Source: Thermoplasmata archaeon
Lineage (GTDB): Archaea > Thermoplasmatota > Thermoplasmata > RBG-16-68-12
Reading direction: 5' to 3'
DNA: 48,350 nt
Assembly: GCA_035632695.1 (NCBI GenBank)
Contig: DASQGG010000181.1
Span: 1-48,350 of the forward strand
Position numbers and translations under genes: made by a program. The notes below the pieces were generated by a model. The model was given only the letters and a program-made list of their open reading frames with translations. It searched no databases and had not been told where the DNA came from. This document shows positions 24,601 through 32,869 of this stretch, in pieces (the first letter of the stretch is position 1; the number at the start of each line of letters is the position of its first letter).

Positions 24601-24913
24601 GCTCGCTGGAGAGGTTGAGCCCCGTCTGCCCGCCCATGCCGCTCAGGATCCCTTGAGGCCGTTCCGCGGCGATGATCTTCTCCAGGAATTCGACGGTCAG
24701 GGGCTCGACGTAGACGGCGTCCGCCATGTCCGGGTCCGTCTGAATCGTCGCGGGATTGCTGTTCACGAGGACGACGCGCAATCCCTCGGCCCGCAGGGAG
24801 CGGCAGGCCTGGGATCCCGAGTAATCGAACTCCGCGGCCTGTCCGATCACGATGGGTCCGGACCCGATGACCATGACGGTCTTCAGATCACGGCGCCTCG
24901 GAACGGCGGTCAC
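21680..24913 (-). CDS. carB: carbamoyl-phosphate synthase large subunit
   Basis: Track ORF 21680..24979 trimmed to GTG 24913 (MTAVPRRRDLKTVMVIGSGPIVIGQAAEFDYSGSQA). Two ATP-grasp halves and the MGS-like C-terminus are present. TAG stop. Confidence 0.95.
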   Translation of the reverse strand: MTAVPRRRDLKTVMVIGSGPIVIGQAAEFDYSGSQACRSLRAEGLRVVLVNSNPATIQTDPDMADAVYVEPLTVEFLEKIIAAERPQGILSGMGGQTGLNLSSELADRGVLAKYGVELLGTRLEAIQAGEDREKFASLMRSIGEPIPRSRAVSDAEAARSFADEFGFPVIVRAAYTLGGSGSGVAHDPAELEHIVSLGVAYSRIKQVLVEESVLGWKEFEYEVMRDAADNCITICNMENLDPMGVHTGESIVVAPAQTLSDEDHQTLRSAALRIIRALGIEGGCNIQFAVHPKTGEYRVIEVNPRVSRSSALASKATGYPIARIAAKIAVGMTLDEIPNPVTGRTLASFEPTLDYVVTKIPRWPFDKFRTVDRRLGTSMKSTGEVMAIGRTFEESLLKAVRSLEVGRIGLEADSRTDPELREDLEHPTDRRLFAIAEALRRGWGVEKVAELTAWDPFFLRKVRGIVDFETRLKAASPSKTLLASAKRLGFSDADLARILGWREDRVRRSRPRVAYKMVDTCGGEFEAETPYFYSTFEPSSEARRGGRRKVLIVGAGPIRIGQGVEFDYCCVQGIFALREAGRTAIIANNNPETVSTDFDISDRLYFEPLLLEDVLNLIDVERPDGVIVQFGGQTSINLAVPLQRELTRRRSKTRILGTPADFIDLAEDRRRFAALMTRLRIPQPPGASGYSFEEIREAAARVGYPVLVRPSYVLGGRGMEIVHGEDELRDFMEAATRVSKDHPVLVDKYLSHATEIDVDVVADGRDLFIGGIQEHIEEAGIHSGDAACVLPSQTLSDEVLKQIRTTTRKICRALHIVGLANLQLAVKDGTVYVLEANPRASRTVPYVSKAIGVSLAKVATQVMLGTSLKRLGLGKEPRIDHVAVKAPVFPFQRLPGVDAVLGPEMKSTGEVMGIDRTLGRAYAKAMIAAGNVLPSAGGVYLTVRDEDKPAFLPVAARLAKQGLILYATRGTAQFLREHGVEVTTVYRISENQSPDALGLMRRGQIQLVINTPTNSSGARRDGYMMRRLAVDLNIPFIPTVQAAIAAAQAIEELRRGDLGVRSLQSYRSGVIPGQAKL

Positions 24914-24924
24914 CTCCCGGCATG

Positions 24925-26007
24925 CTACGACTCCCGCAGGGTCGCGACGAAGTCGCGGAAGATGTGCTCGTTGTCCCAAGGCCCGGGTCGGGCCTCCGGG
25001 TGGTACTGGACGGAGAACATGGGCAGGGACCGGTGGACGAGACCCTCGACCGTGTTGTCGTTCAGGTTGCGGTGCGTCACCGCAAACTCGGAGGCGTCCA
25101 GCGAGTCCGCGTCGACCGCGAAGCCGTGGTTCTGCGACGTGATGTGCACCCGACCCGTCCGCAGGTCCTTTACGGGCTGGTTCCCGCCGCGGTGCCCGAA
25201 CTTGAGCTTGAACGTCTTCCCGCCGAAGGCGAGGGCGAGGATCTGGTGGCCGAGGCAGATGCCCAGGAGGGGAACCTGTCCGGCGAGTTCGCGCGCTGCG
25301 CGCACCGTGGTCGAACGGAGATCGGGATGGGAGGGGTCGCCCGGACCGTTTGAGAGGATGACCCCGTCCGGCTTCTGCGCGAGGACGTCGTCCGAGGTCG
25401 CGTTCCAGGGAACCCGCACCACGTCAGCGTAGCGCTGGGCTTCGCGGAGGATGTTCCGCTTCACACCGCAGTCCACGACGACGATCGTGCGCTTCCCCGC
25501 GCCAGGATAGCGGATGGGCTCGCGGCAGCTCACCTCCGCGACCAGGTTCCGGCGGTCCGGATAGGGCATGCGGCGCACCTCCTTCGCCGCGGCCTCCAAG
25601 TCACCGCCCTCGGGGACCAGGGCGGCCTTCATGGTCCCGTGGCTGCGGATGCGGATCGTCAGGGCGCGCGTGTCCGCGCCCTGGAGGCCGGGAATCCGGA
25701 AATCCCGGAGGAACGCGTCCACGGTCTGCTGGCTCCGCGCGTGGCTGGGCGCCGCGCACGCCTCCCTGACCACGAAGCCTGTGACCTGGATCGCGTCGGA
25801 CTCCATCCACGCGGGGTCGACGCCGTAGTTGCCGATGAGCGGATAGGTCATCAGGAGGATTTGCCCGCGGTAGGAGGGGTCCGTCAAGGCCTCCGTGTAG
25901 CCCGTCATGTTCGTGTTGAAGACGAGCTCCCCGAAGACCTCCGTGCGGGCACCAAAAGACGCTCCCCGGACGACGGTCCCGTCTTCCAGGATCAGGGAGC
26001 CTTCCAT
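24925..26007 (-). CDS. carA: carbamoyl-phosphate synthase small (glutaminase) subunit
   Basis: Trimmed to ATG 26007 (MEGSLILEDGTVVRGASFGA...). GICLGHQ catalytic Cys motif. TAG stop 11 nt before the carB start. Confidence 0.95.
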   Translation of the reverse strand: MEGSLILEDGTVVRGASFGARTEVFGELVFNTNMTGYTEALTDPSYRGQILLMTYPLIGNYGVDPAWMESDAIQVTGFVVREACAAPSHARSQQTVDAFLRDFRIPGLQGADTRALTIRIRSHGTMKAALVPEGGDLEAAAKEVRRMPYPDRRNLVAEVSCREPIRYPGAGKRTIVVVDCGVKRNILREAQRYADVVRVPWNATSDDVLAQKPDGVILSNGPGDPSHPDLRSTTVRAARELAGQVPLLGICLGHQILALAFGGKTFKLKFGHRGGNQPVKDLRTGRVHITSQNHGFAVDADSLDASEFAVTHRNLNDNTVEGLVHRSLPMFSVQYHPEARPGPWDNEHIFRDFVATLRES

Positions 26008-26108
26008 TCGCTGGACCCTAACCCCATTTTCGAACGCCCTAATTATGGTTTTGCGTCCCGCCTGACGAGGACCGGGGGCGCCCGCCGAACGGCACATACC
26101 GCGGATTC

Positions 26109-26363
26109 ATGCTTCGGCACGATTCTGGTTGCACGATGAGGGATGCCAAGATCCCCGACTCCGTGAAGAGTCCGTTCTCATTGCAAGCGGACTACGCGAA
26201 TCCGCAACTGTACGGAGGCGCGGGCATGGTTGCAGGAATCCTCGCGCTCGCGTTCGCGGCTGTGGCTGCATTTCTGATAGGCCCGGTCTCCGGCCTCGCA
26301 TTCGCGGGCTTCGGGGCCGTGCTCTTCGCCGCAGGCCTCTGGATGTACCGTCGCGCCGACTAG
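26109..26363 (+). CDS. small membrane protein (2 TM helices), function unknown
   Basis: 84 aa. Gly/Ala-rich hydrophobic hairpin GMVAGILALAFAAVAAFLIGPVSGLAFAGFGAVLFAAGLW. ATG 26136 is an alternative start. Confidence 0.5.
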   Translation: MLRHDSGCTMRDAKIPDSVKSPFSLQADYANPQLYGGAGMVAGILALAFAAVAAFLIGPVSGLAFAGFGAVLFAAGLWMYRRAD

Positions 26364-26376
26364 CCACGCAGGCGCC

Positions 26377-26832
26377 TCAGCGCTCATGCCGCAGGGGCAG
26401 ACGGTTCAACCTCTCGACCATGCGATCCCAGTGGCTGCCCTGCCAGTAGACCTTGCCGCAGGAGGGGCAGCGCCAGAACTTGTCGTGCCGCGCGCGGACG
26501 CCATCCGGCACCCGGTCGCCGACCTCGTCCGCTCGGGCCTCGACAAGGACGGTGTTGCACAGGGAGCAACGGGAAAGGGGATCGACCAGGCCTAGGCCAA
26601 GGCGAGTGGCCACCTCACGGATTTGCTCCTCGAGGTCGTCGCTCCGAACGCGGATGGCGTCCGGCGAGCGGGAGGCGAGCTCCTTGTCCCGGGTCAGGAG
26701 AATGCGGTCCTCACGCTCCGCAAGGACGAGGAGCTCCGTGTCGTTCAGCGGGCCCGGGTACGCGGTGTCGTATCCCATGAACCGCAGCCACTTCGCCAGC
26801 GTGCCGAGCATGTGGTCGCAGAGGAGCCTCAC
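26377..26832 (-). CDS. Mut7-C RNase domain (DUF82) protein: PIN-like domain plus C-terminal zinc ribbon
   Basis: MRLLCDHMLGTLAKWLRFMGYDTAY is the family N-terminal signature. CSLCN...CPSCGKVYWQGSHW zinc ribbon. The GTG start overlaps the upstream stop (GTGA). Confidence 0.85.
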   Translation of the reverse strand: MRLLCDHMLGTLAKWLRFMGYDTAYPGPLNDTELLVLAEREDRILLTRDKELASRSPDAIRVRSDDLEEQIREVATRLGLGLVDPLSRCSLCNTVLVEARADEVGDRVPDGVRARHDKFWRCPSCGKVYWQGSHWDRMVERLNRLPLRHER

Positions 26833-27494
26833 GGGACCACCGAGTACTCCAGGAGGAGACCGTCCCCCAGGCGCTCCGCCCTTTCCAGCTTGAGGCGGAA
26901 CGCCTCATTGATGGAGGACACGCCGGGCCCGCCCGTGAGCGTCGGGGCGGCATGGCCTCCGAGCACCGCGCTGGCGACGAACACCTTGAGTTCGTCGGCG
27001 AGCCGCTGTCGGAGGAAGGACCAGATCACCGTGCTGCCTCCCTCCACGAGGAGTCGCTTCACGCCGCGCTGGGAGAGATGGTCGAGGAACGCGACGAGGT
27101 CCACCTCGTCCTTCCCCGCCCGGAAGACCTTCGCCTGGCGGAACTCCCGTGTGCAACTCGCGGTCGTGGCGATGAGCGTCTCCGCACTCCCGTCGAGGAC
27201 GTGGGCGTGGTCGGGCGTCTTGCCATCCGAATCCAGGACAATCCGCAAGGGGTTGCGCCCCTGGGCGTGCTCCGGCTTCACGGTGAGCTTGGGGTCGTCC
27301 TTGAGGACCGTGCCGACGCCCACGAGCACCGCGTCCACCTCGGCCCGAAGACGGTGCACGCGCGCGGTGTCCTCCGCGTTGCTCAGTTTGGCGGGGCGGG
27401 CGTCCGCGAACGCGATCTTTCCGTCCACGCTCATCGCAGCGTTGATGACGACGTGGGGCCGCACGGCGGCGCCAACGGGCGCGGCGAATAACAA
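26829..27494 (-). CDS. 2,5-diamino-6-ribosylamino-pyrimidinone 5'-phosphate reductase (RibD C-terminal domain type, archaeal riboflavin pathway)
   Basis: RPHVVINAAMSVDGKIA, VLVGVGTVLKDDPKLT and LLVEGGSTV motifs of the RibD_C/dihydrofolate-reductase-like fold. TTG 27494 or GTG 27464 start. Confidence 0.85.
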   Translation of the reverse strand: MLFAAPVGAAVRPHVVINAAMSVDGKIAFADARPAKLSNAEDTARVHRLRAEVDAVLVGVGTVLKDDPKLTVKPEHAQGRNPLRIVLDSDGKTPDHAHVLDGSAETLIATTASCTREFRQAKVFRAGKDEVDLVAFLDHLSQRGVKRLLVEGGSTVIWSFLRQRLADELKVFVASAVLGGHAAPTLTGGPGVSSINEAFRLKLERAERLGDGLLLEYSVVP

Positions 27495-27558
27495 CCTTGT
27501 GGTCCGTATGCACGGAACGTTCTAGTAGCGCGGCCTCCTCGGAATCGAGAGGCGTTTC

Positions 27559-27978
27559 ATGAAGGCGCAGCTCACCCAAATTGAAGGGATGAAGTTCCGG
27601 GTGCAGGTCGAAGGCAAGCCCGCCATCGTGCTCGATGCGGAGCAGAAGGAAGAGCCCATCGCGGGACCCTCGCCCATGCAGGCCGCGCTCCTCGCGGTCA
27701 TGGGCTGCACGGCCTCGGACATCGTCTGGATCCTGAACAAGCAACGAGTCCCGTTCACGAGCCTCGAAATCGCGGGAGATGCGGATCGCGCCAAGGAAGA
27801 TCCGAAGGTCTTCACGAGGATCCATCTCCACTATCGCGTGTACGGCGAGGGCATCAAGGAGACCGCGGTCAAGCGGGCCATCGAGCTCTCCACGGAGAAG
27901 TACTGCTCGGTCGGAATCATGCTGCGGCGCGGCGGCGTCGCATGGGAGAACACGTGGGAAATCCTGCCTCCGAAATGA
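27559..27978 (+). CDS. OsmC/Ohr family protein
   Basis: 139 aa. SPMQAALLAVMGCTASDIV and STEKYCSVGIML carry the two conserved Cys of OsmC-type peroxiredoxins. Confidence 0.85.
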   Translation: MKAQLTQIEGMKFRVQVEGKPAIVLDAEQKEEPIAGPSPMQAALLAVMGCTASDIVWILNKQRVPFTSLEIAGDADRAKEDPKVFTRIHLHYRVYGEGIKETAVKRAIELSTEKYCSVGIMLRRGGVAWENTWEILPPK

Positions 27979-28009
27979 TTTGTTCTCAGACCTGAGACAC
28001 GAATCGCGT

Positions 28010-28019
28010 ATCTTTAAGT
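28010..28019 (+). promoter_or_regulatory. TATA-like box (ATCTTTAAGT) for the PAC2 gene
   Basis: Distal edge 27 nt from ATG 28046. Confidence 0.45.
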
Positions 28020-28045
28020 AACCCGCGCCCGATGGGCCGCCGCCT

Positions 28046-28813
28046 ATGGAAGGCATCCAGATCTACGAGCTGAAGAGAATGGACCTTCGGGGGGCCACCG
28101 TAATCGATGGCTTCCCATCCGTGGGCCTCGTCAGCTCCATCGTGGCGAACTACCTAATCAATGCGCTGAACCTGACGCAGATCGGCATCATGGACTCGAG
28201 CTACTTCCCGACCGTCGCCCTGGTCCGCGACGGCCAGCCCATGAATCCTGTCCGGATCTACGCGGGACCCAAGCGGGAGGGCTCCGACCAGGTCGTCGTG
28301 TTCATCAGCGAGTTCCAGCCGCCGCCGAACCTGATCAAGGCGATCGCGTCCACGGTCCTCGACTGGGCTCAGGACGCGCGGTGCAACCTCCTCGTGTGCC
28401 CGGAGGGTCTCATCGTGGACTCCAAGGAGGACGACACGGAGGACCGGCAGGTCGAGGTGTACGGCATCGGGTCCACGGACAAGGCCATGGACATGCTCCG
28501 GAAGCACAAGGTCACCGTGTTCGAGGAAGGCGTCATCACGGGCGTCGCGGGCGTCCTCCTGAACGAAGGCCGCAAGCGCGACTTCGACGTGATCACGCTC
28601 CTCAGCGAGGCCCATCCCGACTACCCGGACGCCCGCGCAGCCGCCCGCGCCATCGAGGTCATCGACGCCCTGCTCCTGCACACGGAACTCGACGCGAAGC
28701 CGCTCTACGAGGAGGCAGAGCGGATCGAGATGCAGCTCAAGTCCATCCACCACCAGGCCGATGCGGCCAAGAAGCCCGGAACGGAACCCGCCCGGCCGAG
28801 CATGTACGGCTAG
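28046..28813 (+). CDS. proteasome assembly chaperone family protein (PAC2 / archaeal PbaA-B type)
   Basis: ATVIDGFPSVGLVSSIVANYLI N-terminal motif typical of PAC2/COG1938 proteins. 255 aa. Its TAG stop shares the palindrome CTAG with the convergent rtcA stop. Confidence 0.8.
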   Translation: MEGIQIYELKRMDLRGATVIDGFPSVGLVSSIVANYLINALNLTQIGIMDSSYFPTVALVRDGQPMNPVRIYAGPKREGSDQVVVFISEFQPPPNLIKAIASTVLDWAQDARCNLLVCPEGLIVDSKEDDTEDRQVEVYGIGSTDKAMDMLRKHKVTVFEEGVITGVAGVLLNEGRKRDFDVITLLSEAHPDYPDARAAARAIEVIDALLLHTELDAKPLYEEAERIEMQLKSIHHQADAAKKPGTEPARPSMYG

Positions 28814-29847
28814 GCGCCCGGCACGGCGACCTTGACGCGGGTCAGCTCGCCAATCGTCTGGAACTCGATCGTCCGCTTCAGGAACTGAGGGACAAGCCAC
28901 GCCATGGTCCGGAGATGGTTGGTGACCTCCCGCACGAGGAACGAGGACGGACGGTCCGCGAGCGCGAGGTACACGACGATCTGGTCCGCGGCGTGCACGT
29001 CGACGGTCGCCCCGGAGACGATCTCCGCCTCTAGGTTCTCCGCCGCCTCTTCCCCGACCCGTTCCGCGGACTTGCCGCGCTCGGCGAGACAGTCGGCGCC
29101 GACCAGGGTGTGCTCCTGCTCCGCCCACAGGACGATCGCACCCCCTTGGCCGACGGCGTCCTCGCCGGGGTAGACCCGCTCCTCGACTTTGGAATCCGGG
29201 ATCCCATGGAGGCGCCGCAGCGCGGCGTTCTTCATCCGCTTGGGGATGTCCTCCGGGAGGTTCGCAACGTGGGCAATCCCGCGGACCCGCTCCACGGCGC
29301 CGGCGTCGGAAAGGACCAAGGGGGACCACCCAGCCGTGGGCTGCACGGCGACCTCCACCTCGCCGCCACCGCGGGGATAGTAGCCCCGGCGATGGGAGAG
29401 GAGGTCGGCCTGGCCGCCCATGCGGCGCACCCAGGGCAGGAACACCCGGGCGAAGGAGTCCAGGGGCGGAGACCACTTGACGTCCGTGCCGCCGATGATC
29501 CGCAGGTGGGTCGAGTCATTCGCGGCGAAGGCCACGGGCAGGCAGGCCTGGAGGACCAAGGTCACGCTCCCGGCGGTGCCGACGTCGAACGCGTGGTCGC
29601 CGCCCACGAGGTCGCCCGGAGTAAAGGTCATCTCCGCGGACCCGACCTCGAGCCCGCGGACCTCCGCGGACGCGAGCTCGGCGACCGCCCGGAGTGCGGT
29701 CACGTGCTGGGCCGCAAGTCCGGGGTTCGGCCGCCCGGCCCGGATCCGGTTCACGGTCACCGGGGTGCAGGTGAGCGCGGAAAGGGCCACGGCCATCCGG
29801 AGGAGCTGCCCTCCGCCCTCGCCGTGGGAGCCGTCGATCTCGATCAT
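28810..29847 (-). CDS. rtcA: RNA 3'-terminal phosphate cyclase
   Basis: C-terminal 345 codons of track ORF 28810..31170, starting at [39 protein letters not shown] (adenylated His region). ATG 29847 overlaps the ATPase stop (ATGA). Confidence 0.93.
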   Translation of the reverse strand: MIEIDGSHGEGGGQLLRMAVALSALTCTPVTVNRIRAGRPNPGLAAQHVTALRAVAELASAEVRGLEVGSAEMTFTPGDLVGGDHAFDVGTAGSVTLVLQACLPVAFAANDSTHLRIIGGTDVKWSPPLDSFARVFLPWVRRMGGQADLLSHRRGYYPRGGGEVEVAVQPTAGWSPLVLSDAGAVERVRGIAHVANLPEDIPKRMKNAALRRLHGIPDSKVEERVYPGEDAVGQGGAIVLWAEQEHTLVGADCLAERGKSAERVGEEAAENLEAEIVSGATVDVHAADQIVVYLALADRPSSFLVREVTNHLRTMAWLVPQFLKRTIEFQTIGELTRVKVAVPGA

Positions 29848-32669
29848 GCGGGGGCCGCCTCCGTGGGGCTCGAGGCCTTCGCCCGACGCTGCCGTACGAG
29901 TTTGAGGGCCTCGACGACGAGGAACGCGGACAGGGAGACCAGGATCGTCCGAGCCCAGTCCAGGGCGGTGAGGGGCTCCGTGTGGAACGCGACCTGGAAG
30001 ACCGGGACGTAGATGACCATGACCTGCAACGCCATGGACAGGAGGACGGCGTAGATGAGCTTCTTGTTCGTGAACGGTCCAACCCGCCACAACGTCTGCC
30101 GGGGGGACCGGAGCGCGAAGACCAGGAACAGCTCGAAGAAGACGATCGTCGTGAAGGCGACCGTCTGCGTGCGGACGGGCTCGGATCCGTCGAGTCGCTC
30201 CCAGGCAAAGATCCCCAGCGTGCCCACGGTCAGGATGGCGGCCACGATGAGGATCAGGAAGGCGATGTCCTTGGACAGGACGCCCTCCCTCGGATTGCGG
30301 GGACGGCGGGTCATGATATCCGGCGGATAGGGATCGAGACCGAGGGCGAGCGCGGGCATCCCGTCCGTGACCAGGTTGATCCACAGGAGCTGGACGGGCG
30401 TGAAGAAGGGGAGGAATGCCGGGTCCAGGACGAGCAGGGTCGCGAGGAGCATGATGAGGACCTCCCCCGCATTGGCCGACAGCAGGTACGCGACGAACTT
30501 GCGGATGTTCTCGTAGATCCCGCGGCCCTCCTCGACCGCGGCCACGATCGAGGCGAAGTTGTCGTCGGTCAGGACCATGTCCGCGCTCTCCTTGGCCACG
30601 TCGGTTCCCGTGATGCCCATCGCCACGCCCAAGTCGGCCCGCTTCAAGGCCGGGGCATCGTTGACTCCGTCCCCGGTCATCGCCACCACATGGCCTTTCC
30701 GCTTCCAGGCGTCCACGATCCGCATCTTGTGCTCGGGACTCACCCGCGCGTACACCTTGACACGTTCGACGTCCCGGACAAGGTCGTCCTCGGACACCTT
30801 GTCGAGTTCCTCTCCCGTCAGGGCACGGTCGCCGGCGGCCAGAATCCCCATCTCTCGCGCGACCGCCATGGCCGTGAGCTTGTGGTCCCCCGTGATCATG
30901 ACGACGTCGATGCCGGCCTGCTTGCATCGGCCGACCGCGGCTATGGCGTCTTGCCGCGGCGCGTCCATCATGCCCACAAGGCCGAGGAACGTGAGGTCCG
31001 ACTCCAGGCCCCCCTCCCGGAGGGGCGGGACTTCCCCCGGGAACGAACGGCTCGCGAGGCCGAGCACCCGAAGCGCGCGCGTCGCCATCTCCTGGTTCTC
31101 GAAGGCGTACTGCTTGCGGTCGTAGTCCGTGAGGGGTTTCCGTTCCCCTCCGACTAAATGGTGGCTGCACGCCGCGAGGATGCGCTCGGGCGCGCCCTTC
31201 ACGTAGAGCATCTTCGCGCCGATCTCCGCGAGGGAGAGGTGCCGCCGATCCTCGGAGACCGCGAGGATCTCGTGGAGCGCCTGGGCGGACAGAGGTGCGT
31301 GAAGGGTGGACATCCTCTTACGCTCCGAGGAGAACGCGAGCTCCGCGACCCGGGGCTGCTCGGACCGGAGGACGTCGGCGTCGAGACCCGCGCGCATCGC
31401 CGCGACGACGAGCGCTCCCTCGGTCGGGTCGCCGTCGCACATCCAGCGGTCGGCCTCCTTCCGGATCATCGCATCGTTGCAGAGCACCCCACAGACGAGC
31501 GCCTCGCGCAGGTCGGATTGCTGTCCCACGAGCACAGGCTGGCCGTTGACGACAATCTCACCCGCGGGATCGAATCCCTCGCCGCGGACCTCGTACGCGC
31601 GTCCGCCGGCGAAGACCGCGCGCACGTTCATCTCGCCCTTGGTCAGGGTGCCGGTCTTGTCGGCGCAAATGACCGTCGCGGCACCTAACGCCTCCACGGC
31701 GGGGAGTTTGCGGACGAGGGCGTGCCGTCGGATCATCCGCTGGAGACCCAAGGCCAGGCTGATCGTGACGACCGCGGGCAAGCCCTCGGGGATCGCCGCC
31801 ACGGCCAAGCCGACCGCGGTGAGGAAGAGGAGTTCGATATTGCCGAGAGGGTCCGCTTCCCGCAGGAACATGAGGACGAAGACGACCGCCGCAATCCCGA
31901 GGATTGCGAGACCGATCTGGCGACCGAGCCGGTCGAGCTGGCGCTGGAGAGGCGTCTCCTCCTTCGTCTCTTGTTGGACGAGACCCGCGATCTTCCCGAG
32001 CTCCGTCCGCATTCCCGTGCCGACGACGAGGCCCCGACCACGCCCGCCCTCCACGGTGGTCCCCACGAACGCCAGGTTCCTGCGGTCGCCGAGGAACGCA
32101 TCCACGGGCAGGGGAGCGACGGCCTTGGTCACGGGCGTCGACTCTCCCGTCAGGGAGGCCTCGTCGATCCGGAGGCTCGCGACCTCGACGAGCCGGAGGT
32201 CCGCGGGAACCTGGTCACCTGTGGCCAGGAGCACGACATCGCCGGGAACGAGATCGCGCGAGGGGAGAGCAATCACCTCACCCTGCCGGACCGCATGGGC
32301 CTTCGGCGCCGCCAGGGCCTTGAGTGCCTGGAGGGATTTCTCGGCCCGGTACTCCTGGACGAACCCCAGGCCCGCGTTCAGGACGACGATGACCGCGATT
32401 AGCACGGCGTCCCACACTTCGGTGGAGTCACGGCGGGAGATGCCCAGGTACCCCGAGATCGCCGCGGCGACGATCAGGATGACCACGAGGACGTCGGTGA
32501 ACTGCTCGAGGAAGATCCGGAGCGGGCTGACGCGGCTCGTCTGCGCGAGCTCGTTAGGCCCCTCCTTGGTAAGGCGTTCCGCGGCCTCGCCCTTGGACAA
32601 ACCCGCCGGGGACGATGCCAGGCGCGCGAAGGATGCCTCGACATCCAGGGAGTGCCAGGGTTCGGCCAT
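29844..32669 (-). CDS. P-type ATPase, P2A (SERCA-like) Ca2+/cation-transporting
   Basis: CADKTGTLT phosphorylation site, [15 protein letters not shown] (TM4), [21 protein letters not shown] hinge. Start placed at ATG 32669 ([11 protein letters not shown]...); ATG 32693 is an alternative. Confidence 0.93.
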   Translation of the reverse strand: MAEPWHSLDVEASFARLASSPAGLSKGEAAERLTKEGPNELAQTSRVSPLRIFLEQFTDVLVVILIVAAAISGYLGISRRDSTEVWDAVLIAVIVVLNAGLGFVQEYRAEKSLQALKALAAPKAHAVRQGEVIALPSRDLVPGDVVLLATGDQVPADLRLVEVASLRIDEASLTGESTPVTKAVAPLPVDAFLGDRRNLAFVGTTVEGGRGRGLVVGTGMRTELGKIAGLVQQETKEETPLQRQLDRLGRQIGLAILGIAAVVFVLMFLREADPLGNIELLFLTAVGLAVAAIPEGLPAVVTISLALGLQRMIRRHALVRKLPAVEALGAATVICADKTGTLTKGEMNVRAVFAGGRAYEVRGEGFDPAGEIVVNGQPVLVGQQSDLREALVCGVLCNDAMIRKEADRWMCDGDPTEGALVVAAMRAGLDADVLRSEQPRVAELAFSSERKRMSTLHAPLSAQALHEILAVSEDRRHLSLAEIGAKMLYVKGAPERILAACSHHLVGGERKPLTDYDRKQYAFENQEMATRALRVLGLASRSFPGEVPPLREGGLESDLTFLGLVGMMDAPRQDAIAAVGRCKQAGIDVVMITGDHKLTAMAVAREMGILAAGDRALTGEELDKVSEDDLVRDVERVKVYARVSPEHKMRIVDAWKRKGHVVAMTGDGVNDAPALKRADLGVAMGITGTDVAKESADMVLTDDNFASIVAAVEEGRGIYENIRKFVAYLLSANAGEVLIMLLATLLVLDPAFLPFFTPVQLLWINLVTDGMPALALGLDPYPPDIMTRRPRNPREGVLSKDIAFLILIVAAILTVGTLGIFAWERLDGSEPVRTQTVAFTTIVFFELFLVFALRSPRQTLWRVGPFTNKKLIYAVLLSMALQVMVIYVPVFQVAFHTEPLTALDWARTILVSLSAFLVVEALKLVRQRRAKASSPTEAAPA

Positions 32670-32869
32670 GGAGTCGCGGATGGGACGGACCATAATGAAT
32701 GAACCGGGGCTCGTACCGCCGTGCGCAGCCGCTGCGGCAGCCTTCTGCGTTGACAGTATCCTTTTGTAGGATGAGCCTCGATGCGACGCGCGGGATGGGA
32801 TCGGCGATTCCTCGCGAGACGAGCGAGTCGGCACGCACTGCGCTCTCCCCCACTCGGGAGGGTGGGTGA

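Noticed and set aside
29848-31170. N-terminal ~440 codons of the 786-aa track ORF 28810..31170
   Set aside because: This part is an Arg/Gly/Pro-rich alternative frame of the P-type ATPase gene. The RtcA homology begins precisely at [14 protein letters not shown] (ATG 29847), which overlaps the ATPase stop.
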